From NCBI GenBank assembly GCA_913050645.1, contig CAJXAG010000001.1, forward strand, positions 1 through 45,983: DNA of 45,983 nt, written 5' to 3'. Source of the stretch: an uncultured bacterium. GTDB lineage: Bacteria > Patescibacteriota > Minisyncoccia > Phycocordibacterales > UBA918. Below the pieces are notes generated by a model. The model saw only the letters and a program-made list of their open reading frames with translations. It ran no database searches and was not told where the DNA came from. A program made the translations under genes and the position numbers. Below, piece by piece: positions 1 to 9,484 of the stretch. The stretch's first letter is position 1. Every line of letters begins with the position of its first letter.

Positions 1-19
1 CCGAACTATATACTGACCC

Positions 20-80
20 GTACAATAGTCTCCCAGACTATTGTACTCCCCGGGGCAGAGCCCGCGGGGCATTTGGGGAC
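20..80. repeat. Hairpin pair; second hairpin resembles the IS200/IS605-type MITE end at 30079-30110
   Basis: gtacaatagtct-ccc-agactattgtac (20-46), then ccccggggcagagcccgcggggcattt, similar to ccccgggcttacgccgcggggtattt at 30079-30104. Confidence 0.5.
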
Positions 81-163
81 AATGCTAGTAAAATAATGCC
101 TTATATCAGTATGGAGCTACACGCCAGCGTGAAAGTAAGGATGACAGCTATGCTCATTAATTT

Positions 164-269
164 CCTGGATCGCTTCGACTATAGTCTCGCGAAGACGGAA
201 AAACCTTTGGTTTTTTCGTAGACGGCAACTTCGTTGCCGTCATTGCGAGCTTCTGCGAAGCAATCCAAG
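164..269. repeat. REP-like inverted doublet (family B)
   Basis: cctggatcgcttcg...ctcgcgaagacgg (164-198) faces ccgtcattgcgag...cgaagcaatccaag (237-269); related copies at 8001-8035 and 15505-15537. Confidence 0.75.
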
Positions 270-340
270 TTGTGTACAACTGAAGTACGGCTTTCTTGCT
301 AGGTTTTATTAGCATAGGTGCCAGGTCTAGAGGGGAGGGG

Positions 341-369
341 TTGATTTTATAATCAAATTATTGCATAAT
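341..369 (+). promoter_or_regulatory. Sigma70-type promoter of orphan gene 405
   Basis: TTGATT-17 nt-CATAAT. Confidence 0.5.
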
Positions 370-404
370 CATACTCATACAAAAATCAAACATGAGGCAG
401 AACA

Positions 405-776
405 ATGAGAGCTCTTTTGGTACTTTTCTTTTCCTTTCTTCCCTTCACCGCCGGAGCTGAAGACGGGAGTGAGCAGTTCTTGGCATGCGATATGCCAATT
501 CTTAAGTACACCACCGGTGACATCAACGATGACCCCGAATGGTTCTACAGTGACTCGGTCGAATGGGTCATCGAGAACTATTATCCATACCCCAATGTAA
601 ATGGACTACCGGGCTATGCGGGATGGGTAGTACTCATCCGTATGATCGTCGACGGCGACGAAGATCTTGAAGACCATATCGTGCGCAGTGATAATCTTGC
701 ACAAGTAAAGTTCAACGGCCGCTGGATTCTCCAGCAAGACTTTGAACGCATGCTGTGTAATACAATAGTCTCATAA
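405..776 (+). CDS. Hypothetical secreted protein (orphan cassette)
   Basis: 123 aa ORF, signal peptide MRALLVLFFSFLPFTAGA, GAGG upstream, hairpin directly after stop. Confidence 0.7.
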   Translation: MRALLVLFFSFLPFTAGAEDGSEQFLACDMPILKYTTGDINDDPEWFYSDSVEWVIENYYPYPNVNGLPGYAGWVVLIRMIVDGDEDLEDHIVRSDNLAQVKFNGRWILQQDFERMLCNTIVS

Positions 777-779
777 TCC

Positions 780-806
780 ACAAGCGTCTCAAAATGAGAC
801 GCTTGT
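780..806 (+). terminator. Intrinsic terminator
   Basis: acaagcgtctca-aaa-tgagacgcttgt followed by T-rich tract. Confidence 0.7.
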
Positions 807-857
807 TTCTTGCTTTTTACTCTTTTTTTTGCCAAAGTGGTATTAGGAGGTGTAACT

Positions 858-1151
858 ATGTACATACCATACGCAAGTATCATTATGTTCTTTTCCATAT
901 CATTTGCTGCGGCTGAGATCGTTCCAGTCCGCAGCAATATCGCGCCAACAACGTACTCTATAGAATACGAGAACACAATCAAAAATTTTGATGGTGACTG
1001 TCTTGCAATATTTCGGATCAACTACGAAAAAGTTAATCAAGAAATATCTGCAGGTACGCAAATATATATTTGGGAACCCACAACAGATCAGCTCTATCCT
1101 GCAAATATTTTTTACACAATGATAGACCCTGATACGTGTAGGCTAAACTAA
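858..1151 (+). CDS. Hypothetical secreted protein (orphan cassette)
   Basis: AGGAGG 7 nt before ATG858; signal-peptide-like N-terminus ending SFAAA; hairpin 1195-1224. Confidence 0.65.
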   Translation: MYIPYASIIMFFSISFAAAEIVPVRSNIAPTTYSIEYENTIKNFDGDCLAIFRINYEKVNQEISAGTQIYIWEPTTDQLYPANIFYTMIDPDTCRLN

Positions 1152-1249
1152 AATACTCTCGCTTAAAAACGAGCAGCATCCACCCCCAATGTCAAAAACG
1201 TAATCGCATCAGTGGTTACGTTTTATTTATTTATGCTACGCTATAGGCC

Positions 1250-2065
1250 ATGAAACGATACGTCGTACTCAATAAAGAAATCGGACAAACACCCCTTTCA
1301 TGCATGGAGGCCTGGCGAGAAAAAAACAACCTTGCTCCAGACATATCGCTTACCTATGCAGGGCGCCTCGATCCGATGGCCTCCGGAAAACTACTGGTGC
1401 TCATCGGTGAAGAATGCAAGAAAAAAGAAACGTACCTACACCTCGACAAAGAGTATGAGTTCGAAATACTGTTTGGACTTGCTTCAGACACCCAAGACGT
1501 CTTGGGTCGCCTCACGACCTCTGATCCGATACTTTTTGATACGCGAGTTATCACTCAAACACTGCAAACACTCGTGGGTAACATTGCACTTCCCTACCCG
1601 CACTTTTCTTCAAAAACAGTACAGGGGAAACCACTACACACGTGGACACTTGAAAATAAGCTTGATGAAATTACGATACCCACACAGACCTCAATAATCT
1701 ACGCTCTGAAGCTTCTTGAAACTCATATTCAAACACGGAAAGAAGTATACGATTACACAACCAAAAAAATTGAAACTATCCCGCCTGTAACCGAGCTCCG
1801 CAAAGCGCTCGGCAATGACTTTCGACGTGAAGATGTACGAGCAGACTGGAATCAATTTCTTGCTGAAGGAAATAAAACAGATCCCTTTTACAGAGCAAAA
1901 ATACAATGCATCGCCTCCTCAGGAACCTACATGCGTTCGCTTGCAGCATTGATTGCGGCACGTCTGGGTACTACCGGGCTTGCCTACAGTATCCATCGCA
2001 CAAAAATAGGCACCTATAAAAAGATTCCTATCATAGGCGGCCTTTGGACTAGCATGTATACCTAG
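1250..2065 (+). CDS. truB: tRNA pseudouridine(55) synthase TruB-like
   Basis: LNKEIGQTP, YAGRLDPMASG catalytic Asp motif, SSGTYMRSL. Confidence 0.85.
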   Translation: MKRYVVLNKEIGQTPLSCMEAWREKNNLAPDISLTYAGRLDPMASGKLLVLIGEECKKKETYLHLDKEYEFEILFGLASDTQDVLGRLTTSDPILFDTRVITQTLQTLVGNIALPYPHFSSKTVQGKPLHTWTLENKLDEITIPTQTSIIYALKLLETHIQTRKEVYDYTTKKIETIPPVTELRKALGNDFRREDVRADWNQFLAEGNKTDPFYRAKIQCIASSGTYMRSLAALIAARLGTTGLAYSIHRTKIGTYKKIPIIGGLWTSMYT

Positions 2066-4044
2066 CACTTGTTTCCTGAAAGTTCTTTATGCTTCTGAAT
2101 ATATGCATCCACCGTCACCACAAACTCGGCATGGCTCCAAATAAGCGGTGCTGTTGAAAGATGCGCGCCCGTTTGCGGATGCATCTGCTCTGCCAGTACA
2201 CCGCTTTTTGTTGCCTGGTTACAGGTCCATTCTAAAATGTCATACGCCTCTTTCAGACCCTTGATGGTTTCAGCAGCTTTAATAGCGTACTGAGCACGCC
2301 AGAGCGTAGTAATCACCCACGGGTTGGGTGTACCTGTTTCTTGTAGCGTATAGTACGTATCATTTTCATAACGAATATAACCGGTGGTGTGTGCGTCCAC
2401 ACGAAGTCGATCTTCAACTGTCTGCAGTGCCTTACGTACACGTGGATCATCTACCTCCACCACGCCAAAGTACACTGGTCCAAAGAAACTACTCATATCA
2501 ACGGTCATGTCTCGCTCATCCTCTTTATTGTCGTACGCACGGATATGTTTGATGAACATACCAAGCTTTTCATCATATAAATGCTCCATTATGGCGCCTT
2601 GGATGCGCTGTGCTACTGCACTATAAGTACGTGCCGCTTCCTGCTTCCCAAGGATATTTGCAAACCTCGATGCAGCATTAAGTGCTCCATACACTGCACT
2701 TGCGGTGTATGTTGAGATACCAAACTTTTCTTCCCAGAGATCAAACGAATTATTCGGTAGGCCAAGGCGCGCTTCAATAAACTCTGTCATGAAATCTGCA
2801 GCTTTCTCAATAAATGGATTATATAGTGACTCAATAAACTCCAAATCCTTCACCTTTTCATAATGTTCCCAAAGAGCGTAGAGTACCAACGCAGTCTCAT
2901 CTTCTTGTATGGGGAACTCGGGCGTGCCTTCAATAATCCACGGATGCCACGAACTACCAAGACATCCATCAGCCCGATACTTGTGCATAAAGTATCCACC
3001 TCGCTCCAGACGTTCTGTCATAAACCGGAAGAACTGCTGTGTCACGTCAGCATATCCTGCGGTATCCAGTGCAATTGCAACAAGTGCCGCGTCACGTGGC
3101 CAAACGTAGCTATAGGTATCGCGACCGTGATGAAGCATATCGGTATCGCTCGATGCAATAATCGCACCACCGTTGTCGGTATGTACACGAATAGTGGTGA
3201 GGGATCGTTTATAAAGCATTTGCATCTCAAACGAGAACAGTGAGAGATCCCGCCCATCTTCTTTATCAAGCCATGCCTTCCAGTAGTTTTGTGTGGTGCG
3301 CAACAACGCCTCTGGTGTCTCCTTCAGTACGTAGGCATTCAGATCATGTGCCTCACCCATGGTTTCACCACACACAATCCAGTATGCAATCTGTGTCGCA
3401 CCTTTGGGTTTTAGTTTTGCAGTAATCCCAATAATCGAATCAACTGAACCGTGTTCTATAGGGTTCTGTTCAAGCTTCCCGTCAGCAGCATCATGAAACG
3501 TTCCTTCTTTTCCTTCGATACCAAACAGACCAATATTGTATTCCTTAAACTGCTCTTCGCCATGGTAGGCATTTACTAAAAAAGTATTTTTTCCTTTGTA
3601 GTGTACGATTGCATTGACGCGTGGGTCATAATACCCCGTGTCACCTCGGCGCGACTCGGAAATACGAAACTGTTGCGAAAGAAAGAGTTTTACCTCGCGC
3701 TGCTCATTGCGCTCGTTACTTAGGGTAAATGAACGTATAAATACATTCTGCTCGTTGTGTACCACATCAACACTCGAAAGTGTGATTCCAAGCTTGTCAT
3801 TAACCGCATGCATACTTCCAACCACTGTCTCCGGGTCAGAGCCGACCGTTATATGCCAATCAGCATCGTCAAGCCATGAAATCTGCTCATCGGCATACAC
3901 TCCAATACGATGCACAAAGCTCCCACTTGCACCACTGACATGATTACTAAACCCGACATGGGGATAGTATAAATCGCGCACTTGACCACGATAGTCAAGT
4001 CCGACGAGCATGTTGCCATTTCCTAGTGTAACTGCTCGTGCCAT
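2062..4044 (-). CDS. Glycoside hydrolase family 15 (glucoamylase-like)
   Basis: YSYVWPRDA, DLWEE, LAEQ...PLIWSHA motifs. Confidence 0.9.
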   Translation of the reverse strand: MARAVTLGNGNMLVGLDYRGQVRDLYYPHVGFSNHVSGASGSFVHRIGVYADEQISWLDDADWHITVGSDPETVVGSMHAVNDKLGITLSSVDVVHNEQNVFIRSFTLSNERNEQREVKLFLSQQFRISESRRGDTGYYDPRVNAIVHYKGKNTFLVNAYHGEEQFKEYNIGLFGIEGKEGTFHDAADGKLEQNPIEHGSVDSIIGITAKLKPKGATQIAYWIVCGETMGEAHDLNAYVLKETPEALLRTTQNYWKAWLDKEDGRDLSLFSFEMQMLYKRSLTTIRVHTDNGGAIIASSDTDMLHHGRDTYSYVWPRDAALVAIALDTAGYADVTQQFFRFMTERLERGGYFMHKYRADGCLGSSWHPWIIEGTPEFPIQEDETALVLYALWEHYEKVKDLEFIESLYNPFIEKAADFMTEFIEARLGLPNNSFDLWEEKFGISTYTASAVYGALNAASRFANILGKQEAARTYSAVAQRIQGAIMEHLYDEKLGMFIKHIRAYDNKEDERDMTVDMSSFFGPVYFGVVEVDDPRVRKALQTVEDRLRVDAHTTGYIRYENDTYYTLQETGTPNPWVITTLWRAQYAIKAAETIKGLKEAYDILEWTCNQATKSGVLAEQMHPQTGAHLSTAPLIWSHAEFVVTVDAYIQKHKELSGNKC

Positions 4045-4048
4045 AGGT

Positions 4049-4435
4049 TTAGATAGTGTAGAGTCGAAGGTGACGCTTTACGACTGTTCGAGCACTTGAT
4101 GGCTTCTTGCTTCGTCGTAAGTCTGCTGCACACGCAGCATCATCAAGCACGTGTTCTACCCAGTCTGCGAAATCGTTCTTTTCCTTTGTCACGTGATGCA
4201 AAAACACCTCATCTTCCATTGAGCCAAAAGCTGTCTCAAGCTGTTGTAAATCCTCAAGCACCGCACCATCGGTTGTCCAGAAGCATGACGCATCTTCTGC
4301 ACACACAAGTGCACGCATCTTCTGTGGCTTCTTAGAGGCTGTCTTCTTAGAAGTTGCCTTCTTTTTTACAGCTTTCTTTGCTGCTTTTTTAACTGCCTTT
4401 TTAACAGTTTTTTTAGTTGTTTTTTTTGCGGACAT
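4049..4435 (-). CDS. Small protein with Lys/Ala-rich histone-H1-like N-terminus and DUF5752-like domain
   Basis: KKTTKKTVKKAVKKAAKK repeats; FWTTDG...FLHHVTKEKNDFADWV motif; embedded in glucan operon. Confidence 0.7.
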   Translation of the reverse strand: MSAKKTTKKTVKKAVKKAAKKAVKKKATSKKTASKKPQKMRALVCAEDASCFWTTDGAVLEDLQQLETAFGSMEDEVFLHHVTKEKNDFADWVEHVLDDAACAADLRRSKKPSSARTVVKRHLRLYTI

Positions 4436-4447
4436 AAGAACTATTGT

Positions 4448-5770
4448 TTATGAAAATGTGAATAAAGAACGAAATCGCTTAAAGAGACCGTGCCACCAAA
4501 TACGTAGACGTTCCCAGAACGTCAACGTCGACTCAGACGACGCTACCTCCTGCCGTCGCTTTTCTTTTTCTGCGACTGCATGTTGTACCCTTAATTGTAA
4601 ATCACTTAAGGCATTCATAAAAGCGACATATGCATCATATGGGGATTCATACGGAGAGAAGTATGCATGCACGTCTCCGTCTTCGGACCACTTGGTACAC
4701 ATATAGTAGAAATGATCAGACGTTTGCAACTTTCGCCACGTTTCAATAATCTCCGGATCTTCTGTCGCCATCACATCACGTTCGATGCCGTAAATTGCCG
4801 CGATTGCATCTTTCTGGATATCATTCCCCGTCCATGCAGTCAGATCACGATCAGTATCAGCCCAGGTCATCACGTCAGGAACATCGATCTCTCCAACCGC
4901 ATCGTAGCTCAGCGCCGTTTCAGTCGCTGTTTTAAAGGTGGTGTCGGGATGTTCAGTCAACAAGTGCGGCAGCGTGCGCATAAAGTTGAAGATACCCGTA
5001 TCTTCCCACTGATGCTCCCCAAACGTTTCATAATCCATAAAGAGATTGATCGTTTGTCCATCGCCATGATGCGCATGGATCCAGTCAGTGTAAGTCTCTG
5101 CAGAAAGTGGAAAACTCTCCCATGCTTGATTACCAAACCGGAATGCCACATCATCAGACAACTTGTAATTTTTTAAGAGCACCTTTATCTTGCTACACCC
5201 TTGTGGGTTGTATACGTAGTTTGGACTGCGCCATCCAAGTACTGGGTCCCACCCTTCAGCCATGATCCCAATGTAGCCATTGTCTTCACACCACTTGGCC
5301 AGGTCATTTCGATATGAAAGTTCTGTGTTACGGAATACTTTTGGTGTGTACCCAAAGAGTTCATGAATGCGTTTTGCATGCTGCGCAACCTGTCGCTCAA
5401 ACTCCGGCACTGAGTAGAAAAATGCAAGTGAGTGGTGATAAGTGTCCGCGAGAATTTCCACGCGTCCCGACGCAACAAGTTTCTGAAAACTCTCCAGCAC
5501 ATCTGGTGCATACGCTTCAAACTGATCAAGCACCGTACCTGAGAATGAAAGTGAGAACTTAAACTCAGGATGCGTATCTAAAAGTTCTTGCAACACCGCG
5601 TTCATCGGTCGGTACGACTTCTCTGCAACTTTCTCAATGATTTTTCGGTTGTTCAAGTCTGTTTCTGACGCATCGTTGAAATATTCATTGTCATTTCCAA
5701 TGTCAAATACACGATACTTTTTTACCCGGTAGGGTTGGTGTACATGAAAATAGGGACAGACTGTTAACAT
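4448..5770 (-). CDS. Glycoside hydrolase family 57 (alpha-amylase-like)
   Basis: YFHVHQPY, FRNTELSY, FMDYETFGEHQ, LQTSDHFYYM motifs; ATG at 5770. Confidence 0.9.
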   Translation of the reverse strand: MLTVCPYFHVHQPYRVKKYRVFDIGNDNEYFNDASETDLNNRKIIEKVAEKSYRPMNAVLQELLDTHPEFKFSLSFSGTVLDQFEAYAPDVLESFQKLVASGRVEILADTYHHSLAFFYSVPEFERQVAQHAKRIHELFGYTPKVFRNTELSYRNDLAKWCEDNGYIGIMAEGWDPVLGWRSPNYVYNPQGCSKIKVLLKNYKLSDDVAFRFGNQAWESFPLSAETYTDWIHAHHGDGQTINLFMDYETFGEHQWEDTGIFNFMRTLPHLLTEHPDTTFKTATETALSYDAVGEIDVPDVMTWADTDRDLTAWTGNDIQKDAIAAIYGIERDVMATEDPEIIETWRKLQTSDHFYYMCTKWSEDGDVHAYFSPYESPYDAYVAFMNALSDLQLRVQHAVAEKEKRRQEVASSESTLTFWERLRIWWHGLFKRFRSLFTFS

Positions 5771-5783
5771 AGCAAGCAAGTAG

Positions 5784-6995
5784 TTACGTTACCCATTCTA
5801 TCAGATGGCGGTATAAATCGAGAACTTTACGCGCCACCCCTTTCCACGATAGCTGCGCGCTCTCCTTCTGTCCTTCTTTCACTAATTGTCCGTGCATTAC
5901 CGGATAACGCAATGCAGCAAGGATTTTATTTGCCATTTCTTCAACATCCCAAAAGTCTACCTTCAGGACATGTGTAATCACCTCAGCTACACCTGACTGT
6001 TTTGAAATAAGTGACGGTGCACCATGCTGAATCGCCTCAAGCGGTACCAATCCAAAAGGCTCAGAGACCGAGGGCATCACGACCAAGTCAACGCTTTGAT
6101 ACATCTGGTCACGTTCTTCATACCAAAGTGCCCCCGCAAACAACACGTGCTGAGAAAGCCCGAGTGCCCCTACCTGCTGCATGATCTGTCCAGTCATGTC
6201 TCCCTTTCCCGAAATAACAAAAACGACGTTTGGGTCATATGAAACAACCTTTTGGGCTGCCTGCACAAAATAATCAACACCTTTCTGAACTGTGATGCGT
6301 CCATGGTACAACACAATCTTCTTTCCTTGCGCACGTAACTCCTGCAAGGTTGGCTCATGTCGCTTCACTTCTTGCGTGTCGATACCGTTATGTACCACCG
6401 TAACTTTATCTGGGTTCACGTCATACTTTTGCGTCACGATGTCTTTTGTAAACTGACTGACGGCAACTACTTTGTCTGCGACAGCAAAAGATTCTTTTTC
6501 AATCTCGTATACTTGTGGATCAACATTTTCTCCAGCAGCCTGATCAAACGCTGTCGCATGCACATGGAGAATCAGCGGCTTTCCAGTGGCAATCTTTGCT
6601 GCAACACCAGCAAGATATGACGTCCAGTCGTGTGCATGGATGAGATCAAACTCTTCCTCCATAGCAATCTCTGCCGCCTTGTGCGCGTATGCATGCACCT
6701 CCTGCAGAAGCGTCCGGCTGTACAAATGATGCCGACCATACTCATCGTACACATCAATCATGGTTTGTGAGCCGGTGTAGGGCACCATTGCTGAGGGTAC
6801 CTCGCGAGTGCGTACCATTTTCTCTACATCAGCAAAAATAAAGCGAGAATGTCCATCGACAGCTTGCGACTTCGGCAACACAAAAATCACCTCGACACCA
6901 CTTTGTGCGAGTTCACGTGTAATGCCCTGGCATGCCATACCGAGGCCTCCAGTTGTGTGTGGCGGGAAATCCCAACCAAACGTAAGAACTTTCAT
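5784..6995 (-). CDS. GT4 glycosyltransferase (glycogen synthase-like)
   Basis: GWDFPPHTTGGLG, HAHDW, SEPFGLVPLEA; ATG at 6995. Confidence 0.9.
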   Translation of the reverse strand: MKVLTFGWDFPPHTTGGLGMACQGITRELAQSGVEVIFVLPKSQAVDGHSRFIFADVEKMVRTREVPSAMVPYTGSQTMIDVYDEYGRHHLYSRTLLQEVHAYAHKAAEIAMEEEFDLIHAHDWTSYLAGVAAKIATGKPLILHVHATAFDQAAGENVDPQVYEIEKESFAVADKVVAVSQFTKDIVTQKYDVNPDKVTVVHNGIDTQEVKRHEPTLQELRAQGKKIVLYHGRITVQKGVDYFVQAAQKVVSYDPNVVFVISGKGDMTGQIMQQVGALGLSQHVLFAGALWYEERDQMYQSVDLVVMPSVSEPFGLVPLEAIQHGAPSLISKQSGVAEVITHVLKVDFWDVEEMANKILAALRYPVMHGQLVKEGQKESAQLSWKGVARKVLDLYRHLIEWVT

Positions 6996-7100
6996 GTGTA
7001 CTTGGCAATCGTCCGACCGTATCAAAATAAGGAGAAATATAGACGATTACGCATATATAATACCACGTTGTTACAGGACTGGCTTTTGCCGCTGTGCGTA

Positions 7101-7129
7101 TTGACTGCATGGGTCAGCTCTGGTAATAT
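7101..7129 (+). promoter_or_regulatory. Sigma70-type promoter of rpmG
   Basis: TTGACT-17 nt-TAATAT with TG extension. Confidence 0.65.
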
Positions 7130-7145
7130 TGCGCCACTACAGCCA

Positions 7146-7230
7146 AGCGAGCGAGCGTCGTGAGCAAATTTCAAGCTTGAGTTACATACTTAATTTGAGC
7201 TTACATTTGGACATGACCGAGCGAGCGAAG
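7146..7230 (+). promoter_or_regulatory. Structured 5' leader of rpmG (candidate cis-element or REP-like repeat)
   Basis: cgagcgagcg at both ends; nested stems gtcgtg/catgac, caaat/atttg, aagcttgagtta/taatttgagctt (G-U pairs on sense strand). Confidence 0.45.
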
Positions 7231-7250
7231 GGTGTATGAATAAAATTCAT

Positions 7251-7430
7251 ATGTCACAAGATCGACTCATAAAAATGGTTAGCAAGGGCGACGAAAACGG
7301 CGTTGGTAAAGGTCATGTGTACTACACAACCTACAACAACAAGAACAAGAAGGACCCGAGCAAAAAGCACGAGGAACGAAAGTTCAACCCCGTTTCAAAG
7401 ACCCACACACAGTACGTGCAGAAAAAATAG
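7251..7430 (+). CDS. rpmG: 50S ribosomal protein L33 (Cys-free type)
   Basis: 59 aa basic protein, LIKM...GHVYYTT...RKFNPVSKTHTQY pattern. Confidence 0.8.
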   Translation: MSQDRLIKMVSKGDENGVGKGHVYYTTYNNKNKKDPSKKHEERKFNPVSKTHTQYVQKK

Positions 7431-7441
7431 TTTATCTATAA

Positions 7442-7480
7442 ACAAAGACAACGGCGCCCTGTGGGCGCCGTTGTCTTTGT
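7442..7480 (+). terminator. Long hairpin after rpmG
   Basis: acaaagacaacggcgccc-tgt-gggcgccgttgtctttgt, 18 bp stem. Confidence 0.7.
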
Positions 7481-7484
7481 CCAA

Positions 7485-7512
7485 AAAACCTTTCATTCGA
7501 ATGAAAGGTTTT
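7485..7512. repeat. Zero-spacer palindrome, family P copy 1
   Basis: aaaacctttcattcgaatgaaaggtttt, identical copy at 8043-8070. Confidence 0.9.
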
Positions 7513-7576
7513 ATTGACTTCTCTCCCCCTTTTGCTACATTTGCCTGTAGAAACAACCCTGAGGAGTTAGTCAACA

Positions 7577-7939
7577 ATGCATATCGCAAGAGTCTCTTCA
7601 ACGACGTTCCGCTCGAGTCGTCAGTACAGGTTTCCGTACCGAATCTGGAACAAAGAAAGCGAAGCAAAGCCGATTCAAAAGCTCTGGGAAGACGTAGATC
7701 CCTATGGAGCTGGCCCACAAAACTTTCCTGACTGCTTTCCCAAAAATGGCTTCGATGTCAAAGAGCGTATGCTGGAACTACTCGGAAGTCTAGGGATGAA
7801 ACAAGCACACATTGCACATATGGACGTAAGTGCATACATACTTGAAGCAAGAGTCCTCAATGACCAAAGTAGAAACATTGAAAATTGGGACGCTTTTGAA
7901 GCACTGCTCGAAAGAACATTCTGCCTTGAAGTTCGGTAA
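7577..7939 (+). CDS. Hypothetical protein (orphan cassette)
   Basis: TTGACT-16-TACATT promoter (7514-7541), GAGGAG SD, 120 aa ORF, hairpin 7943-7970. Confidence 0.7.
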   Translation: MHIARVSSTTFRSSRQYRFPYRIWNKESEAKPIQKLWEDVDPYGAGPQNFPDCFPKNGFDVKERMLELLGSLGMKQAHIAHMDVSAYILEARVLNDQSRNIENWDAFEALLERTFCLEVR

Positions 7940-8000
7940 TCAAAAACCTCGCAATCAATCGCGAGGTTTTCTTATACCTGTACCACATTCGTCATTGCTT

Positions 8001-8035
8001 CGTCATTGCGAGGAACTTGCGACGAAGCAATCCAG
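8001..8035. repeat. REP-like element, family B
   Basis: cgtcattgcgagg...cgaagcaatccag. Confidence 0.75.
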
Positions 8036-8039
8036 AAAG

Positions 8040-8073
8040 CACAAAACCTTTCATTCGAATGAAAGGTTTTGTG
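8040..8073. repeat. Zero-spacer palindrome, family P copy 2
   Basis: cacaaaacctttcattcgaatgaaaggttttgtg, 34 bp perfect. Confidence 0.9.
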
Positions 8074-8122
8074 TGTAACTAATTTCCTCAAATTACTATG
8101 AAATGCAAAGTAGCAATTGTGC

Positions 8123-8334
8123 AATAGAAGCGATTTGCTTGAGTGCAGTTCTAAGCGTAAAAAATAACGTAAAGCGTACTGATACGTACTGTGTGAGACA
8201 GTGTCTAAACACTGTCGCAGGACTCATTGAGATATTTTGAGGGACGAGAAATATCCAATGAGTGGACAACTTCTGTAAGAAGCGTTATTTTCTGCATTAC
8301 AACAAAGAAATGTGCCTAGAAAATCGCTTCTATT
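8123..8334. repeat. Stop-codon-anchored structured repeat, family A (expanded copy, fba)
   Basis: 14 bp perfect terminal IR aatagaagcgattt/aaatcgcttctatt overlapping fba stop; gtac-loop-gtac core; extra internal hairpins. Confidence 0.65.
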
Positions 8335-9355
8335 CCATACTCGGGTCATAAGTCCCCTGATCCGCCATACTATTGAGTTGCAATCGCTTGATAAGTGCCG
8401 CTTGTGCTGCCTCTATATTCTCATCTTTTCCTTGCCATGCTTCCTGCACCGGTTGCTCAAGCCCTCGTGAGAATGAAAACGCTAACTCCCATGGAAATCC
8501 ACCTTCCTGTGCCTCAAGCTCTGCAATCGCGTCTAAGTTCTCTGTCGCTCTCTGTGGTGTCTGTCCTCCTGAAAGAAAGACGATACCAGGAACTTCTGGG
8601 GGTACACTATTCATAAAGGTACGTAGTGTTGCCTGTGCAACGTCTGCAGCAGACGTCTGCTCACTCCACTCACTTCCTGCAAGCACCATACTCGACTTCA
8701 GAATCACCCCTTCCAGGTCAACGTTGTTCCACTGCAGCTGCTCAAATAGTTTCTGCAGCACCATAGTTGTCACCTCTTCAGCGCGCTCTAATGAATGACT
8801 ACCGCTGAAAAGGACTTCTGGCTCTACCATTGGCACAATCCCTGCTTCCTGACAAAGCGCTGCGTAACGCGCGAGTGTCATACAGTCAAAGAGAATATTT
8901 TGCTCAGTCGGCGTATTTTCTGAAATGGTAAACACAGCACGCCACTTTGCTGCTCGCGCACCCATGTCGTAATACTCTTGCAAACGATCAGCAAGACCAT
9001 CGAGCCCTTGGGTTACCACCTCACCTTCAAAGTTCGTGTGTGGGACTGTACTCTTGTCCACCTTAATGATTGGCACAACACCTTTAGCGATGAGCAGGTC
9101 AGAAAACTCGGTACCGTCGTCGGCATGGTTACGAATCGTGCCATCATGAAGAATAACTCCAGTGACATACTCTTGGAGACCTTCAGTGGTAAATAGAAGT
9201 TGCCGGTACTTTCGCCGAAGCTCAGCCTCGGGAGGTAACCCGAGTGCTTCTAATTGCTTATTCATAGTGCGCGGCGACTGGTCGGCCGCAAGAATTCCCT
9301 TATGTGGCGTTACCAGTGTCTTCGCCATCTCTCGGAGTTGTTCTGTGTTTGACAT
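8330..9355 (-). CDS. fba: Fructose-bisphosphate aldolase class I
   Basis: KGILAAD, AKWRAV, PMVEPEV, VFLSGGQ, FSFSRGL motifs; ATG at 9355. Confidence 0.92.
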   Translation of the reverse strand: MSNTEQLREMAKTLVTPHKGILAADQSPRTMNKQLEALGLPPEAELRRKYRQLLFTTEGLQEYVTGVILHDGTIRNHADDGTEFSDLLIAKGVVPIIKVDKSTVPHTNFEGEVVTQGLDGLADRLQEYYDMGARAAKWRAVFTISENTPTEQNILFDCMTLARYAALCQEAGIVPMVEPEVLFSGSHSLERAEEVTTMVLQKLFEQLQWNNVDLEGVILKSSMVLAGSEWSEQTSAADVAQATLRTFMNSVPPEVPGIVFLSGGQTPQRATENLDAIAELEAQEGGFPWELAFSFSRGLEQPVQEAWQGKDENIEAAQAALIKRLQLNSMADQGTYDPSME

Positions 9356-9443
9356 ACTGCTTATAGTGTAACAGCCTTGCAAGAAAAGCTTGCAAGGCTG
9401 TTGTGGAATCCCAGCTCATATTCCATACAGTTCCATACAACAT

Positions 9444-9472
9444 TACAGGGGACATCCGATGTCCCCTGTTTC
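9444..9472. repeat. Palindromic repeat/terminator shared with 38490-38518
   Basis: tacaggggacat-NNN-atgtcccctgtttc at both loci. Confidence 0.8.
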
Positions 9473-9484
9473 AGCACGCTAGGC

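Noticed and set aside
7303..7731. ORFs 7303-7731 (+) and 7395-7718 (-)
   Set aside because: They overlap rpmG, its terminator and a palindrome; better explained by rpmG plus the 7577 cassette.
9421..9439. Short tandem duplication ttccataca-g-ttccataca
   Set aside because: Two units only, with no supporting context.
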